NCBI GenBank assembly: GCA_016784165.1
Contig: JADHVD010000005.1
Coordinates: 3,385 to 67,384 of the forward strand
Source: Candidatus Woesearchaeota archaeon
GTDB taxonomy: Archaea > Nanobdellota > Nanobdellia > Woesearchaeales > BS150m-G63
DNA: 64,000 nucleotides
Direction of reading: 5' to 3'
The notes beneath the pieces are model-generated. The model was not told where the DNA came from. It did not search any database and was given only the letters and a program-made list of their open reading frames with translations. Numbering within the stretch: position 1 is the stretch's first letter; each line of letters begins with the position of its first letter. Made by a program: the position numbers and the translations under genes. Shown one piece after another: positions 10,399 to 20,678 of the stretch.

Positions 10399-11382
10399 CT
10401 AAAAAGACATTAACCCACCAAATGCATTGGTAATAATAAATCTGACTATGAAAAATAATCCCAAAGACAATGCAACTAAGATAGGTATATAATTTAAACC
10501 TTCCCTTCCTTTTCCTTTAGATATTGCCCCTAACACAAAAGAACCTAAAATAGATGAAGTTATTAAAGAAACCACTATAAACAAAATAACAAAATCGGGA
10601 GATATTGCAACTCCTGTAATTTGAATAGGTAAACTCGCTTGACTTGCTATATCTCCAGTCATAGAACCTACACTTCCAAGATTCTTAACTAACACTTGAA
10701 TTAAAAAAGATGAAAACCCAAATAATATTGGAGAACCAAATGCAATTGCTGAAAATATAAATATAACATACATCAAAATGTTTGAATTAACTTTATTTCT
10801 TACAAGTTTTTGTTGTTTTAAATTATCTGCAGTCTGATCAAGTAAACTAGAAAATTCTCCACCAGACCTTAATCCTAAAACAATAAGATCAACAGTTTTA
10901 CCTAATACCTCTGATTTAACTCTTCTTGCTAATTTTTTTAAAGCATGTTCCATATCAGTACCAGCAGTAATTTCTTTTCCAATTCTATTTATTTCTTCAT
11001 TTAATATTCCAAATTCAGGTCTTGCAGAAACTAAAAATGCTTTATCTGGAGTTAAACCAGCCCTTAGATTACTAGCCATTAATTGTAAAGCATCTGGTAA
11101 TACATCTTCAACAAATTTAGCTTTTCTCTCTGCAGCCAAAGTTATTAAAGTATGTACTAAAAATTCAATCACTATAAAAGAAGCAACAAACATTAAAAAT
11201 AATGAAACATCATAAATTCTTGCAAGTTGGAGTGCAATAATTAAAGAAACAGCAAGACCGCTAAAAATAATAAAACCTAATACATATTCCTTTTTTACCT
11301 TCAAATCAAAATAAGATAATAACCTCAAATAGTTTTTTCTTATTTTCCCTGGATAAAGTTTTGATATTGCTCCATAATCCAT
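10399..11382 (-). CDS. Type IV pilus platform protein (T2SS-F/TadC-like)
   Basis: LPDALQLMASNLRAG, FGIL.EEI, RSGG motifs with TM helices. Confidence 0.9.
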   Translation of the reverse strand: MDYGAISKLYPGKIRKNYLRLLSYFDLKVKKEYVLGFIIFSGLAVSLIIALQLARIYDVSLFLMFVASFIVIEFLVHTLITLAAERKAKFVEDVLPDALQLMASNLRAGLTPDKAFLVSARPEFGILNEEINRIGKEITAGTDMEHALKKLARRVKSEVLGKTVDLIVLGLRSGGEFSSLLDQTADNLKQQKLVRNKVNSNILMYVIFIFSAIAFGSPILFGFSSFLIQVLVKNLGSVGSMTGDIASQASLPIQITGVAISPDFVILFIVVSLITSSILGSFVLGAISKGKGREGLNYIPILVALSLGLFFIVRFIITNAFGGLMSF

Positions 11383-11392
11383 TTTAATACCT

Positions 11393-12286
11393 TTAATCCA
11401 CCAATAAATTAGGCCTTTTTGCTTTTATCATTCCTAAAAACATAAATTGCACAAATACTCCAAACCCATATAATCCCCAAAACAAACTTTTAATCCCTGC
11501 TTCAGATAAAGACATAAAAGACGCCATTACAATCAATAAAGTCAATCCAAGAGAGGGCAAAATAATTGCGATTACCATATAAAACATACTCAAAGGACTC
11601 AACTGAGAACCATATCTTTCAATCTGTCCAATCTGTTCTGCAGATAAATGTACTGTTATTTCTTTTACTGTTTCACACAAATCAGATCCTGTTTTCATCC
11701 TATTAGTTAATTGCCAAATAACCCTCCTAAAGTAAGGTGATGGATTTTCAAAAGCAACAATATCTAAAGCATCTATAGCTGGTTTTCCAGCATTGACGTC
11801 TCTAACAACTTTTAAAAATTCTTTAGACACTTCACCATACCCTCCCAAAGAAAGTTGAGCCAACACATTAAATAAAGGAACCCCCGACTTTAATTGCACT
11901 AATGCATTTTGCATTGCAGGAAGTAAATTTTTTTCTAAATTCATTACTCTCCTATTTATTATAATCTTGGGGTAAGCAAATTGTTGAAAACTAATAAAAA
12001 TTACAAGAAATAAAGAAGCTATAAATGATTTTAAAAATGGGTTAACTGCATCTGTTGAAGAGATTACTAAATTTAAAAAAATAAGAAAAAAAGCGAATAG
12101 AAAAGTGTTAGAAAGAAAACACATTGAAAGATATTCTGCAGAACTTATATGGAATCTTGCTTGTTTAAGGGTCACTGCCAAATAAGGAAAAACTTTTTCT
12201 AAGGGTTTAGTTATAAAAAGCACATGTTTAGCCTGCTTTCTTAATATTTTTGCAGGAAAAAATGAAAAAGGTATATTAAAATTCAT
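11393..12286 (-). CDS. Type IV pilus platform protein (T2SS-F/TadB-like)
   Basis: LKSGVPLF, YGEVSKEF, NPSPYFRR, IILPSLG. Confidence 0.9.
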   Translation of the reverse strand: MNFNIPFSFFPAKILRKQAKHVLFITKPLEKVFPYLAVTLKQARFHISSAEYLSMCFLSNTFLFAFFLIFLNLVISSTDAVNPFLKSFIASLFLVIFISFQQFAYPKIIINRRVMNLEKNLLPAMQNALVQLKSGVPLFNVLAQLSLGGYGEVSKEFLKVVRDVNAGKPAIDALDIVAFENPSPYFRRVIWQLTNRMKTGSDLCETVKEITVHLSAEQIGQIERYGSQLSPLSMFYMVIAIILPSLGLTLLIVMASFMSLSEAGIKSLFWGLYGFGVFVQFMFLGMIKAKRPNLLVD

Positions 12287-12295
12287 TATTCACCC

Positions 12296-12353
12296 ATTTA
12301 TTTACTGATTTTATTTACCGATTTTATTTATCTATTTTATTTAGCTATTTATT
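12296..12353. repeat. Degenerate 13-bp tandem repeat (ATTTTATTTAnnn, about 4.5 copies)
   Basis: atttatttactg / attttatttaccg / attttatttatct / attttatttagct / atttattt. Confidence 0.8.
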
Positions 12354-13856
12354 TTATTTTAAAATTTGATCTGGATGTAAATTTTTATTAACAATATTTA
12401 TTACTTCTTCTTTATTAAGGTAATACTCACTCATAAATTTTCCAATACTATGTACATCCCTAATATTATTATTTAACAACCAATTCAATATAGTTTCTTT
12501 TTGTTTTAATTTCAAAGAAATTTCACCCTGATTCAAACCAGTATGCCTACTCAATTCTTCAAACAATCTAGAGCTCTTTAAGCTAGATTCAATTTTATCT
12601 GTATTTGGATTCCACCTATAAATTATATTAGGTTTAACAGCCATTCCTTCTTTTGTTTCAGTTCTAATAAACTCCCCTAATTGATACACCCTCCTTATAC
12701 TTCTTCTTCTTTCTCTATACATCACTACACAAAGATTAACTGTAGGAAGTAAATTAGCAGGAATCTCTATTGGTGGATAAACTAATCTTTGTATTGTTTC
12801 TGCAACGCTTTCTGCATGAACAGTACTATATACACTATGTCCTGTATGCATTGCTTCAAAAAGAACTTGTGCTTCTTCTTTTTTTCTCATTTCTCCAAGT
12901 ACAATTCTATCTGGTCTCATTCTTAAAGAATTTATCAATAAATTAAGCATGGTTACTTCTCCCCTACCTTCTGTATTTGGAAGTCTTGTTACTAAAGGAA
13001 CCCAATGTAAATATTTTGGAAGTTGTAATTCTCTTGTATCTTCAATAGAAATAATTCTATGATTGGGCGGTATAAACGGCATACAAACATTAAGCATAGC
13101 TGTTTTTCCACTTCCAGTACCCCCAGAAATAAGTACATTCATTTCAAATTCCATCATTAACCAAATTAAAGCAAAAACTTCAACACTGCAAGTTTTATTT
13201 TTAATAAAATCCATACAAGTCCAAGGATCTCTTGCAAACATTCTAATTGTAATTGAATTCCCTTTATTTGAAATGGGATAAAGAACAGCATTAGCTCTAT
13301 CTCCAGTAACTAAATGTGCATCTAATAATGGATTTAAAGTTGTTATTTGTCTTCCAATTCTTCTTGCAATTGTATTTGCATAATTTTGTACATTTTCTTC
13401 TGTACCTAAAAAAATATCAGTTTCAAGCCATCCAAATTGTTTATGATAAACCCTCAAAGGTTCTTTTGCAGAATTAACAACAATTTCTTCAAGATTAGGG
13501 TCTGAAAGTAAAAACTCCACTTTTCCAAGACCAATTGTTTCATGAAGTAAAGTTCCTATCAAAAGATGTTTTGTTTCTAAATCTATCTGAGGTAATTTTT
13601 TAGCAATAAATTCATCTGCACTAACTCTAAATTTTTCTTTTATTCTAAAAACGGCATTAGGATCAAGAATCTCTGCACTACTTATCTCAACATCAGCAAC
13701 CAATTCTTCTCTAACCTTAACCAACAAAGCCTTTGTTGCTACACTAAGTTCTTTAGTAACCAATTCATACATATCTACTCTTCCTTTATCTGAAGTTACT
13801 CTAACACCTATCTCAATATTATCCACAGTTAGTTTATATTGTTTTAATATTTTCAT
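12354..13856 (-). CDS. Type IV pilus assembly ATPase (CpaF/TadA/VirB11 family)
   Basis: GGTGSGKT, IEDTREL, LRMRPDRIVLGE, MHTGH...TVHA. Confidence 0.96.
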   Translation of the reverse strand: MKILKQYKLTVDNIEIGVRVTSDKGRVDMYELVTKELSVATKALLVKVREELVADVEISSAEILDPNAVFRIKEKFRVSADEFIAKKLPQIDLETKHLLIGTLLHETIGLGKVEFLLSDPNLEEIVVNSAKEPLRVYHKQFGWLETDIFLGTEENVQNYANTIARRIGRQITTLNPLLDAHLVTGDRANAVLYPISNKGNSITIRMFARDPWTCMDFIKNKTCSVEVFALIWLMMEFEMNVLISGGTGSGKTAMLNVCMPFIPPNHRIISIEDTRELQLPKYLHWVPLVTRLPNTEGRGEVTMLNLLINSLRMRPDRIVLGEMRKKEEAQVLFEAMHTGHSVYSTVHAESVAETIQRLVYPPIEIPANLLPTVNLCVVMYRERRRSIRRVYQLGEFIRTETKEGMAVKPNIIYRWNPNTDKIESSLKSSRLFEELSRHTGLNQGEISLKLKQKETILNWLLNNNIRDVHSIGKFMSEYYLNKEEVINIVNKNLHPDQILK

Positions 13857-13862
13857 TTTTTT

Positions 13863-14312
13863 CTAACTTAATTTCTTTAGTATTGGCCCAATAAAAAATG
13901 AATAATTAATTTTAATCAAACCATTTTCTTCCAAAATTGTTGCCCATTCATCTGCCTTTTTTCTATCAATTTTAAATTTTGATTGTACTGCTTTAAGGGT
14001 TATTTTTCCTTTTTCTTGTATCAACTCATACAATTCATCAATCTCTGTTTTATAATGCCTTTTAATTTCTGAAACATCTGCTTTTTGAGCAAAATAAGGC
14101 TTAAGCCTATTATAAATTTGACTTAAATTTTGATAATACTGTGACACTTCTTGCTCATTTAATACAGGAAGTATTTCATAATATAAATTAGTGTAAAGGT
14201 TATAGAGTTTCTTTGCTTCTTCAATCTGGTTAATACCAATCAATCTTATTATTTCAACAGAAGCATCATAAAACTCCCTCTTTTTTTTGTCTAACTCTAC
14301 ACCCTCAACCAT
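13863..14312 (-). CDS. Pilus-operon protein: N-terminal helical bundle plus C-terminal winged-helix-like domain
   Basis: IDELYELIQEKGKITL...EWATILEENGLIKINY resembles wHTH. Confidence 0.65.
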   Translation of the reverse strand: MVEGVELDKKKREFYDASVEIIRLIGINQIEEAKKLYNLYTNLYYEILPVLNEQEVSQYYQNLSQIYNRLKPYFAQKADVSEIKRHYKTEIDELYELIQEKGKITLKAVQSKFKIDRKKADEWATILEENGLIKINYSFFIGPILKKLS

Positions 14313-14375
14313 ACAAAGATTTGTTTTGATTACAAATTTAAATAAATATGTAACAATTCTAAAATAGTAACAGAT

Positions 14376-15215
14376 TCACCTTAATCTAACACCCCCTATT
14401 TTCTTCACACCATAACCAGGAAGTGCAACATTTATTAAATCTGTCTCTCTGGGTGTTTCTACTGTAATTGTTTCATTTAAATCTTTTAAATTAATATTTA
14501 CAAAAACTTCATTATCAAGATTACTAAGATCTAAAATAGTAAGGTTAGCTCCAGCACCAAAAGTAATATTCACAAATTCATTACTAAAATTAAGTTGAAA
14601 ATGACTAATATCATCTGGATCTAAATACATATTTCCACACCCTGTTATGTTAACACTAAAACTACCGCTATGAGTATTATTAACAGGACATCCATCAGGA
14701 TCTACGTTAAAACTAACTTCATAACCTTCCAAAATTGAATAATTAGATGGATAAACCCCAATTACATTTTCACCAAAACCATTTGGATGAGTATAAACAA
14801 CTTCATGTGGATAAACAACTAAAGGTAAAGTGTTATTCATTTCAGTAATATTCAAACTAACACCACCAAAATTAGATTCAACAAAACTTTTAAATGAAGT
14901 TAAATTACCTTCAAAATTAGTATAGTCAATATTAGACAACCCTTCTTTAAACACAACTTGATCCTCAATTTGATTAACAATAACATAATCATCCCCAAGA
15001 GTTCCAAATAAAATCTCTCTGATTCCATTATCAACAGAATCATAAAGATTATGCATAGTATCTAAACTAGACATTTCAATAAATCTCTCTTCAGATTCCA
15101 TAGTGTTATAAAATAACAATATGGCTAATGTCAAAAGCACAGATGCCATTAACACCAATCCTGCTGTAAATAATATACCCTTTCTATTCATCTTTCTATT
15201 TATCAGATTATCCAT
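14376..15215 (-). CDS. Pilin-like protein with class III signal peptide
   Basis: NRKG/ILFTAGLVLMASVLL hydrophobic helix; Asn-rich ectodomain with many NxS/T sequons. Confidence 0.75.
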   Translation of the reverse strand: MDNLINRKMNRKGILFTAGLVLMASVLLTLAILLFYNTMESEERFIEMSSLDTMHNLYDSVDNGIREILFGTLGDDYVIVNQIEDQVVFKEGLSNIDYTNFEGNLTSFKSFVESNFGGVSLNITEMNNTLPLVVYPHEVVYTHPNGFGENVIGVYPSNYSILEGYEVSFNVDPDGCPVNNTHSGSFSVNITGCGNMYLDPDDISHFQLNFSNEFVNITFGAGANLTILDLSNLDNEVFVNINLKDLNETITVETPRETDLINVALPGYGVKKIGGVRLR

Positions 15216-15235
15216 CTTTCAATTCATCTTATTAG

Positions 15236-15643
15236 TCATTTTACTCTTCCTGCCCATATCCAAAATCTTGCAACCCCAAATCCTAAATTACCCATAACAA
15301 TAACTCTCTGTCCAGTTCCAATAAATCTGTCATCAGGTATTTCTCTAAAAGTATCTGTTTCAAAACTACTTCCATTTTCTAAAGTTAAATTTATCTTCAC
15401 CTCATAATGGTTTGGAATTAATGAATAAATCTCCCCCTGTACTTCAGATTCATTCATATTTTCAAAAACTCCAGTATTATCAAATAAAGCCAAAATATCA
15501 TTTCCTGTACGCACTAATTGCAATTCAGGTAAAACATCATCTCTTGAACTGATTGCATAATTAGTTGCAACAATAATTATAATAATAACAATAGTAAGAG
15601 CAATAATTGAATCAGTTGTAATCATTACAGCTTTTTTCCCCAT
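15236..15643 (-). CDS. Minor pilin-like protein (ORF track extends to 15679)
   Basis: MGKKA/VMITTDSIIALTIVIIII. Confidence 0.7.
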   Translation of the reverse strand: MGKKAVMITTDSIIALTIVIIIIIVATNYAISSRDDVLPELQLVRTGNDILALFDNTGVFENMNESEVQGEIYSLIPNHYEVKINLTLENGSSFETDTFREIPDDRFIGTGQRVIVMGNLGFGVARFWIWAGRVK

Positions 15644-15648
15644 ATTGC

Positions 15649-16197
15649 TTATTCCCATAATGAAACCTCTAAAATACACCTACGATTATCTCCTTCATCA
15701 CATTGAACATATCTTCTCACGCTTGTTGTACGTTCTGCATTAAATAAAATAGGATTAGGACCAGATTCGTGGATACGCATATCTTTATCAAACAACCTAA
15801 AATAGAGATGGTATCCTTCAATATTCAACAACTCTCTTGATGCATTATAATTATTAGTCATATTAACAAACTCTTGCACTTTATTAGAATCTAATTGCCT
15901 GTCAAAACTCACTAAACCAACTGTTTCAATAAGGTTATTAATATCACCCATATTGCCTTCCCAATTAATATTTTCCCATTCACTCGGACTCCCAGAAGTA
16001 TGAATTAATATATCACTTACATGATAGGTTTTCAACCACATATCTTTTTGAGTAACTTTTTGATTTAACTCAAAATGATATTTATTCCACATTATTGCAA
16101 TCATTGAAACAAGAAGAATGAAGATAGATAAAGCTATAAAAAAATCAATTATTACTGCTTGCGCGCTTTTATTAAATTTAAATCTATATTTCATCAT
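15649..16197 (-). CDS. Minor pilin-like protein (ORF track extends to 16248)
   Basis: NKSA/QAVIIDFFIALSIFILLV; G.PSEW motif. Confidence 0.75.
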   Translation of the reverse strand: MMKYRFKFNKSAQAVIIDFFIALSIFILLVSMIAIMWNKYHFELNQKVTQKDMWLKTYHVSDILIHTSGSPSEWENINWEGNMGDINNLIETVGLVSFDRQLDSNKVQEFVNMTNNYNASRELLNIEGYHLYFRLFDKDMRIHESGPNPILFNAERTTSVRRYVQCDEGDNRRCILEVSLWE

Positions 16198-16654
16198 ACA
16201 CACTTCTGTTATGTAAACTGATAACAACAAAACCTCCAATATTCTCAAATTTTAATATTCTTTTATCGGCAGAAAAATGAAAATTAAACCAACTTAAATT
16301 TCTCTCTTGACTGGAATTAGACACACTTCTTATTGGATAAGTGCAATAAACAGGCCCTTTACCCGGCTCACCAACAAATAAATTCCTTGAAATTGGTTGA
16401 ACAGTTACATTATATTTAATATGTCCGACCCCCACAGAAAAATAAGCAATAGTACCAACTCCACTTGCATAAATTTCTGTTATTAAAGAAGAAAATTGCA
16501 AACAAAAATCTTTTTTATTTAATATATCAGTAGTTTTAGTAACTTGGTCTTTTTTATTAAAAACATCATATAACACAAAAGTAGATAACAATAAAATCAC
16601 ACCTATCACGAACAAAAATTCAATAGCAATTTGTGCTTTATTAGATTTCATCAT
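16184..16654 (-). CDS. Pilin with class III signal peptide
   Basis: NKA/QIAIEFLFVIGVILLL. Confidence 0.85.
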   Translation of the reverse strand: MMKSNKAQIAIEFLFVIGVILLLSTFVLYDVFNKKDQVTKTTDILNKKDFCLQFSSLITEIYASGVGTIAYFSVGVGHIKYNVTVQPISRNLFVGEPGKGPVYCTYPIRSVSNSSQERNLSWFNFHFSADKRILKFENIGGFVVISLHNRSVYDEI

Positions 16655-17100
16655 CTTGAAGTTATATTAATTACCCCTGTTTCTGTTTTTTCAATAAATA
16701 ACTTATGCAAATTCTTTTTCTGCCCACCACTAAACGGAATTTCTCCAGTAACATTACCCTTAGTCATCGCAAATATATCCACCACCCTTCCTTCATGACT
16801 CATATTAATAACTATCTCGCTCCCAGTAGAAGAGGGAAATTGCACAAAACTTACACTACTAACCGCTGAAGGAAAAAACACGTAAACAATCCTTTTAGAA
16901 CCTGGACTTAAAGAATAAACAGTATCTGCAACTTTAGATATTTTATTAACAGCGCTCACAGCCTGCTTCATTTGAAGATCAGGAGGAATTGTAGTCATAA
17001 AATAATAAACAATAAACATCAGAAATATCAATAGTGTACCAAAAATAATAAAATATTCAACACTAACTTGTGCTCTACGTTTTTTATTTAATATCATCAT
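16651..17100 (-). CDS. Pilin with class III signal peptide
   Basis: RRA/QVSVEYFIIFG; ADTVYSLSPGS. Confidence 0.85.
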   Translation of the reverse strand: MMILNKKRRAQVSVEYFIIFGTLLIFLMFIVYYFMTTIPPDLQMKQAVSAVNKISKVADTVYSLSPGSKRIVYVFFPSAVSSVSFVQFPSSTGSEIVINMSHEGRVVDIFAMTKGNVTGEIPFSGGQKKNLHKLFIEKTETGVINITSR

Positions 17101-17110
17101 AACAAAAGAA

Positions 17111-18052
17111 TTATCTAGGAGGTATTAAACAGCAAACCTTCACAGGATAATCATCCCAGTCTCCATCACAATCTGAAATATGTGAATTAGTTAAATAATT
17201 CTCACCCCCATCATTATCACTATAATGAGTATTATCTATCGTAGCTAAACAATAATAATCTTGCCCAAATTCTGCACAATATTGCACACTTTCATTAGTA
17301 TATTCACAATTAAGTTCTACATCTTTATTTGTATAAAGTTTAGCTTCAACAGTATAATTAATATAGTCTTTTTCAGCAACATGTGCATTTGTGAGATTAT
17401 CTAATCTAAACATTGTAGTATTATGTGTAGCCCAACCATTATTTTCTTCCCAAACCATTTGATCCCCCTTAACAGTATCTATACAACAAATACTATAATT
17501 AGCAAGAATAACTTTATCCCCCATGCCATTATAATCAGTTTCGTTATAAATAGAGGCATGCGTACTATGTCCTGGCTCATGTAAAAACAACACAGGATTT
17601 CTACCATCAGTACAATTAACTGTTGGTAAAACAACACAATATGGATCTCCAATCAATACAACACCAGTCTCTAACACTCTCATTTTAATCTTATGAACTC
17701 CAGAGTCAATTGGAATAACACCTGTAACATACCCTTTAGTCACCATAATTATATCTTTACTTCCTTCAGGAGTATCGACAGCAAATACAATTTCCCTTCC
17801 ATAAATATTTACATCAGTAACCCCTTTAGGGACATCAATATACAAATGTTTTTGATTTCCAGGCCCTAAAGAATAAAGAGAATCTGCTGATTTTGTAATG
17901 CCACTAATTAAATTATTAGCATCATTAATTCTTGCTTTAACAATATATTTATTTACCTCTTTGTAAACAAAAGGACTTAATACAATTAATATAACCCCCA
18001 TTATAACCATATATTCTACAGCTATTTGTCCCCTTTTATTCATTTTGTTCAT
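17111..18052 (-). CDS. Pilin with class III signal peptide and Cys/His-rich C-terminal extension
   Basis: KRG/QIAVEYMVIMG; ADSLYSLGPG; tail with ICC, VCC and repeated (S/N)xH motifs. Confidence 0.85.
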   Translation of the reverse strand: MNKMNKRGQIAVEYMVIMGVILIVLSPFVYKEVNKYIVKARINDANNLISGITKSADSLYSLGPGNQKHLYIDVPKGVTDVNIYGREIVFAVDTPEGSKDIIMVTKGYVTGVIPIDSGVHKIKMRVLETGVVLIGDPYCVVLPTVNCTDGRNPVLFLHEPGHSTHASIYNETDYNGMGDKVILANYSICCIDTVKGDQMVWEENNGWATHNTTMFRLDNLTNAHVAEKDYINYTVEAKLYTNKDVELNCEYTNESVQYCAEFGQDYYCLATIDNTHYSDNDGGENYLTNSHISDCDGDWDDYPVKVCCLIPPR

Positions 18053-18202
18053 TATCTTAATCTATACTGGTAACTTTGTTTTTATAGTTTCTTATTCTCT
18101 CTAGAGTAGTAATAAACCAAATATGTTTATCTCAAAAAACCATTAAATTTATATACCCCTAAAAGATAAATTACATAAACTATTTATTTTATATCAAATG
18201 AG

Positions 18203-18664
18203 GTGATTATTTTGAATAAAAACAAAAAAGCACAAGCTGCCATGGAGTTCTTAATGACTTATGGTTGGGCTATATTAGTTGTTCTAATCGCAATTTCAGC
18301 ATTAGCTTATTTTGGAGTGTTAAACCCAAGTAGATTTTTGCCAGAAAGTTGTACATTAGTGCCTGGTATGAGTTGTATAGATTTTAAAGCAGATGGTGCA
18401 ACCAACACAACAACAATAGTTATCCAAAACGGAATGGGACAAGATTTAAACGTTTTTAAAATTAATATGAGTGGTTATAGTTGTATTATAAATGATACAT
18501 TAGGAACATTTAACGACGCAGATAAACAAACCTTTACAATGGGTTGTACAGGTTTATGGGATAAAAGTGGGCAAAGACTAAAAGAAGATATTATAATCTC
18601 TTTTAATTCTACAGCTGGAATTACCCACACAGAAACAGGTCAGTTAATAACTAAAATTGAATAA
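18203..18664 (+). CDS. Major-type archaeal pilin (QAAMEFLMTYGW family) 1
   Basis: KKA/QAAMEFLMTYGWAILVV...LNP.RFLPESC. Confidence 0.9.
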   Translation: MIILNKNKKAQAAMEFLMTYGWAILVVLIAISALAYFGVLNPSRFLPESCTLVPGMSCIDFKADGATNTTTIVIQNGMGQDLNVFKINMSGYSCIINDTLGTFNDADKQTFTMGCTGLWDKSGQRLKEDIIISFNSTAGITHTETGQLITKIE

Positions 18665-18682
18665 AGGAGGAAATAAATAAAA

Positions 18683-19168
18683 ATGAATAAAAACAAAAAA
18701 GCACAAGCCGCTATGGAATTTTTAATGACTTATGGTTGGGCTATATTAGTTGTTCTAATCGCAATTTCAGCATTAGCTTATTTTGGAGTGTTAAACCCAA
18801 GTAGATTTTTGCCAGAAAGTTGTACATTAGTGCCTGGTCTAAGTTGTGTAGATTTCAAAGTTAGCGATAATGATATAACTTTAGTTATACAAAACGGTAT
18901 GGGAACAGATTTAGCGGATTTTTCAGTAACTATAGCTGATGATGATCAATGTAAACATATAGGGAACTGGACATGTGATGGGACTAATTGTTCTTTTCCA
19001 TCATTTCTATTAAAAGACTCTGAAGATGTACTTCTTTTCTGTAATAACACCCGGCATGGACTTGCAAGTGAAGCTAGATATAAAAAAGACATATCTATTT
19101 CATACAAAAAAGGAAGTGATGGATTAACACATACAGATTTAGGTCAATTGATAACTAAAGTAGAATAA
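18683..19168 (+). CDS. Major-type archaeal pilin 2
   Basis: Same N-terminus as previous gene; AGGAGG RBS. Confidence 0.9.
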   Translation: MNKNKKAQAAMEFLMTYGWAILVVLIAISALAYFGVLNPSRFLPESCTLVPGLSCVDFKVSDNDITLVIQNGMGTDLADFSVTIADDDQCKHIGNWTCDGTNCSFPSFLLKDSEDVLLFCNNTRHGLASEARYKKDISISYKKGSDGLTHTDLGQLITKVE

Positions 19169-19198
19169 GCTTAACAGCTTATTTTTTTCTTTTTTTTA
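19164..19198 (+). terminator. Hairpin plus T-tract after pilin 2
   Basis: AATAAGCT-TAAC-AGCTTATT followed by T-rich run. Confidence 0.6.
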
Positions 19199-19285
19199 AT
19201 TTTATATTACTTTTTCTAAAAAACAAACAAAAAGTTTTTATATAAGTATCTCTACAATCTGAAATAGATATCAAAAAGAGGCGTA

Positions 19286-20405
<1,120 letters not shown>

Positions 20406-20464
20406 AGATTAATCAATTTTACCTTATAAAATTTGCGTTAAAAACAACGCAATAAAAATATAAG

Positions 20465-20545
20465 AAAAAGAGAGAAAAAGGCTCCTCGAGATTCTTGAGG
20501 GGGTGGTGGAGAGAAGAAAGTCAGCGAGGAGCCGATATCTTCTAC
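20465..20545 (-). ncRNA. Candidate small RNA: GC-rich hairpin with C-rich loop, own TATA box and U-tract
   Basis: GGCTCCTCG (20480-88) / CGAGGAGCC (20525-33) stem; minus-strand TTTATATA at 20569-76; U-rich run follows the stem; no ORF. Confidence 0.5.
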
Positions 20546-20584
20546 TATTTCCTAATAAACAGAACTAGTATATAAATGTTGTGT

Positions 20585-20610
20585 TTTAGTATACAAAAAG
20601 GTATACTAAA
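20585..20610. promoter_or_regulatory. Perfect 10-bp inverted repeat, candidate operator upstream of the sRNA promoter
   Basis: TTTAGTATAC-aaaaag-GTATACTAAA. Confidence 0.45.
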
Positions 20611-20678
20611 CTACTACTTTACCCTCTAAAATCAAAATGATTCTATTTTATCAACATCAGAAAAAAAATCTATCTTTT

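Noticed and set aside
12296..12353. Mini CRISPR array
   Set aside because: Units are 13 bp and contiguous with no spacers; no cas genes
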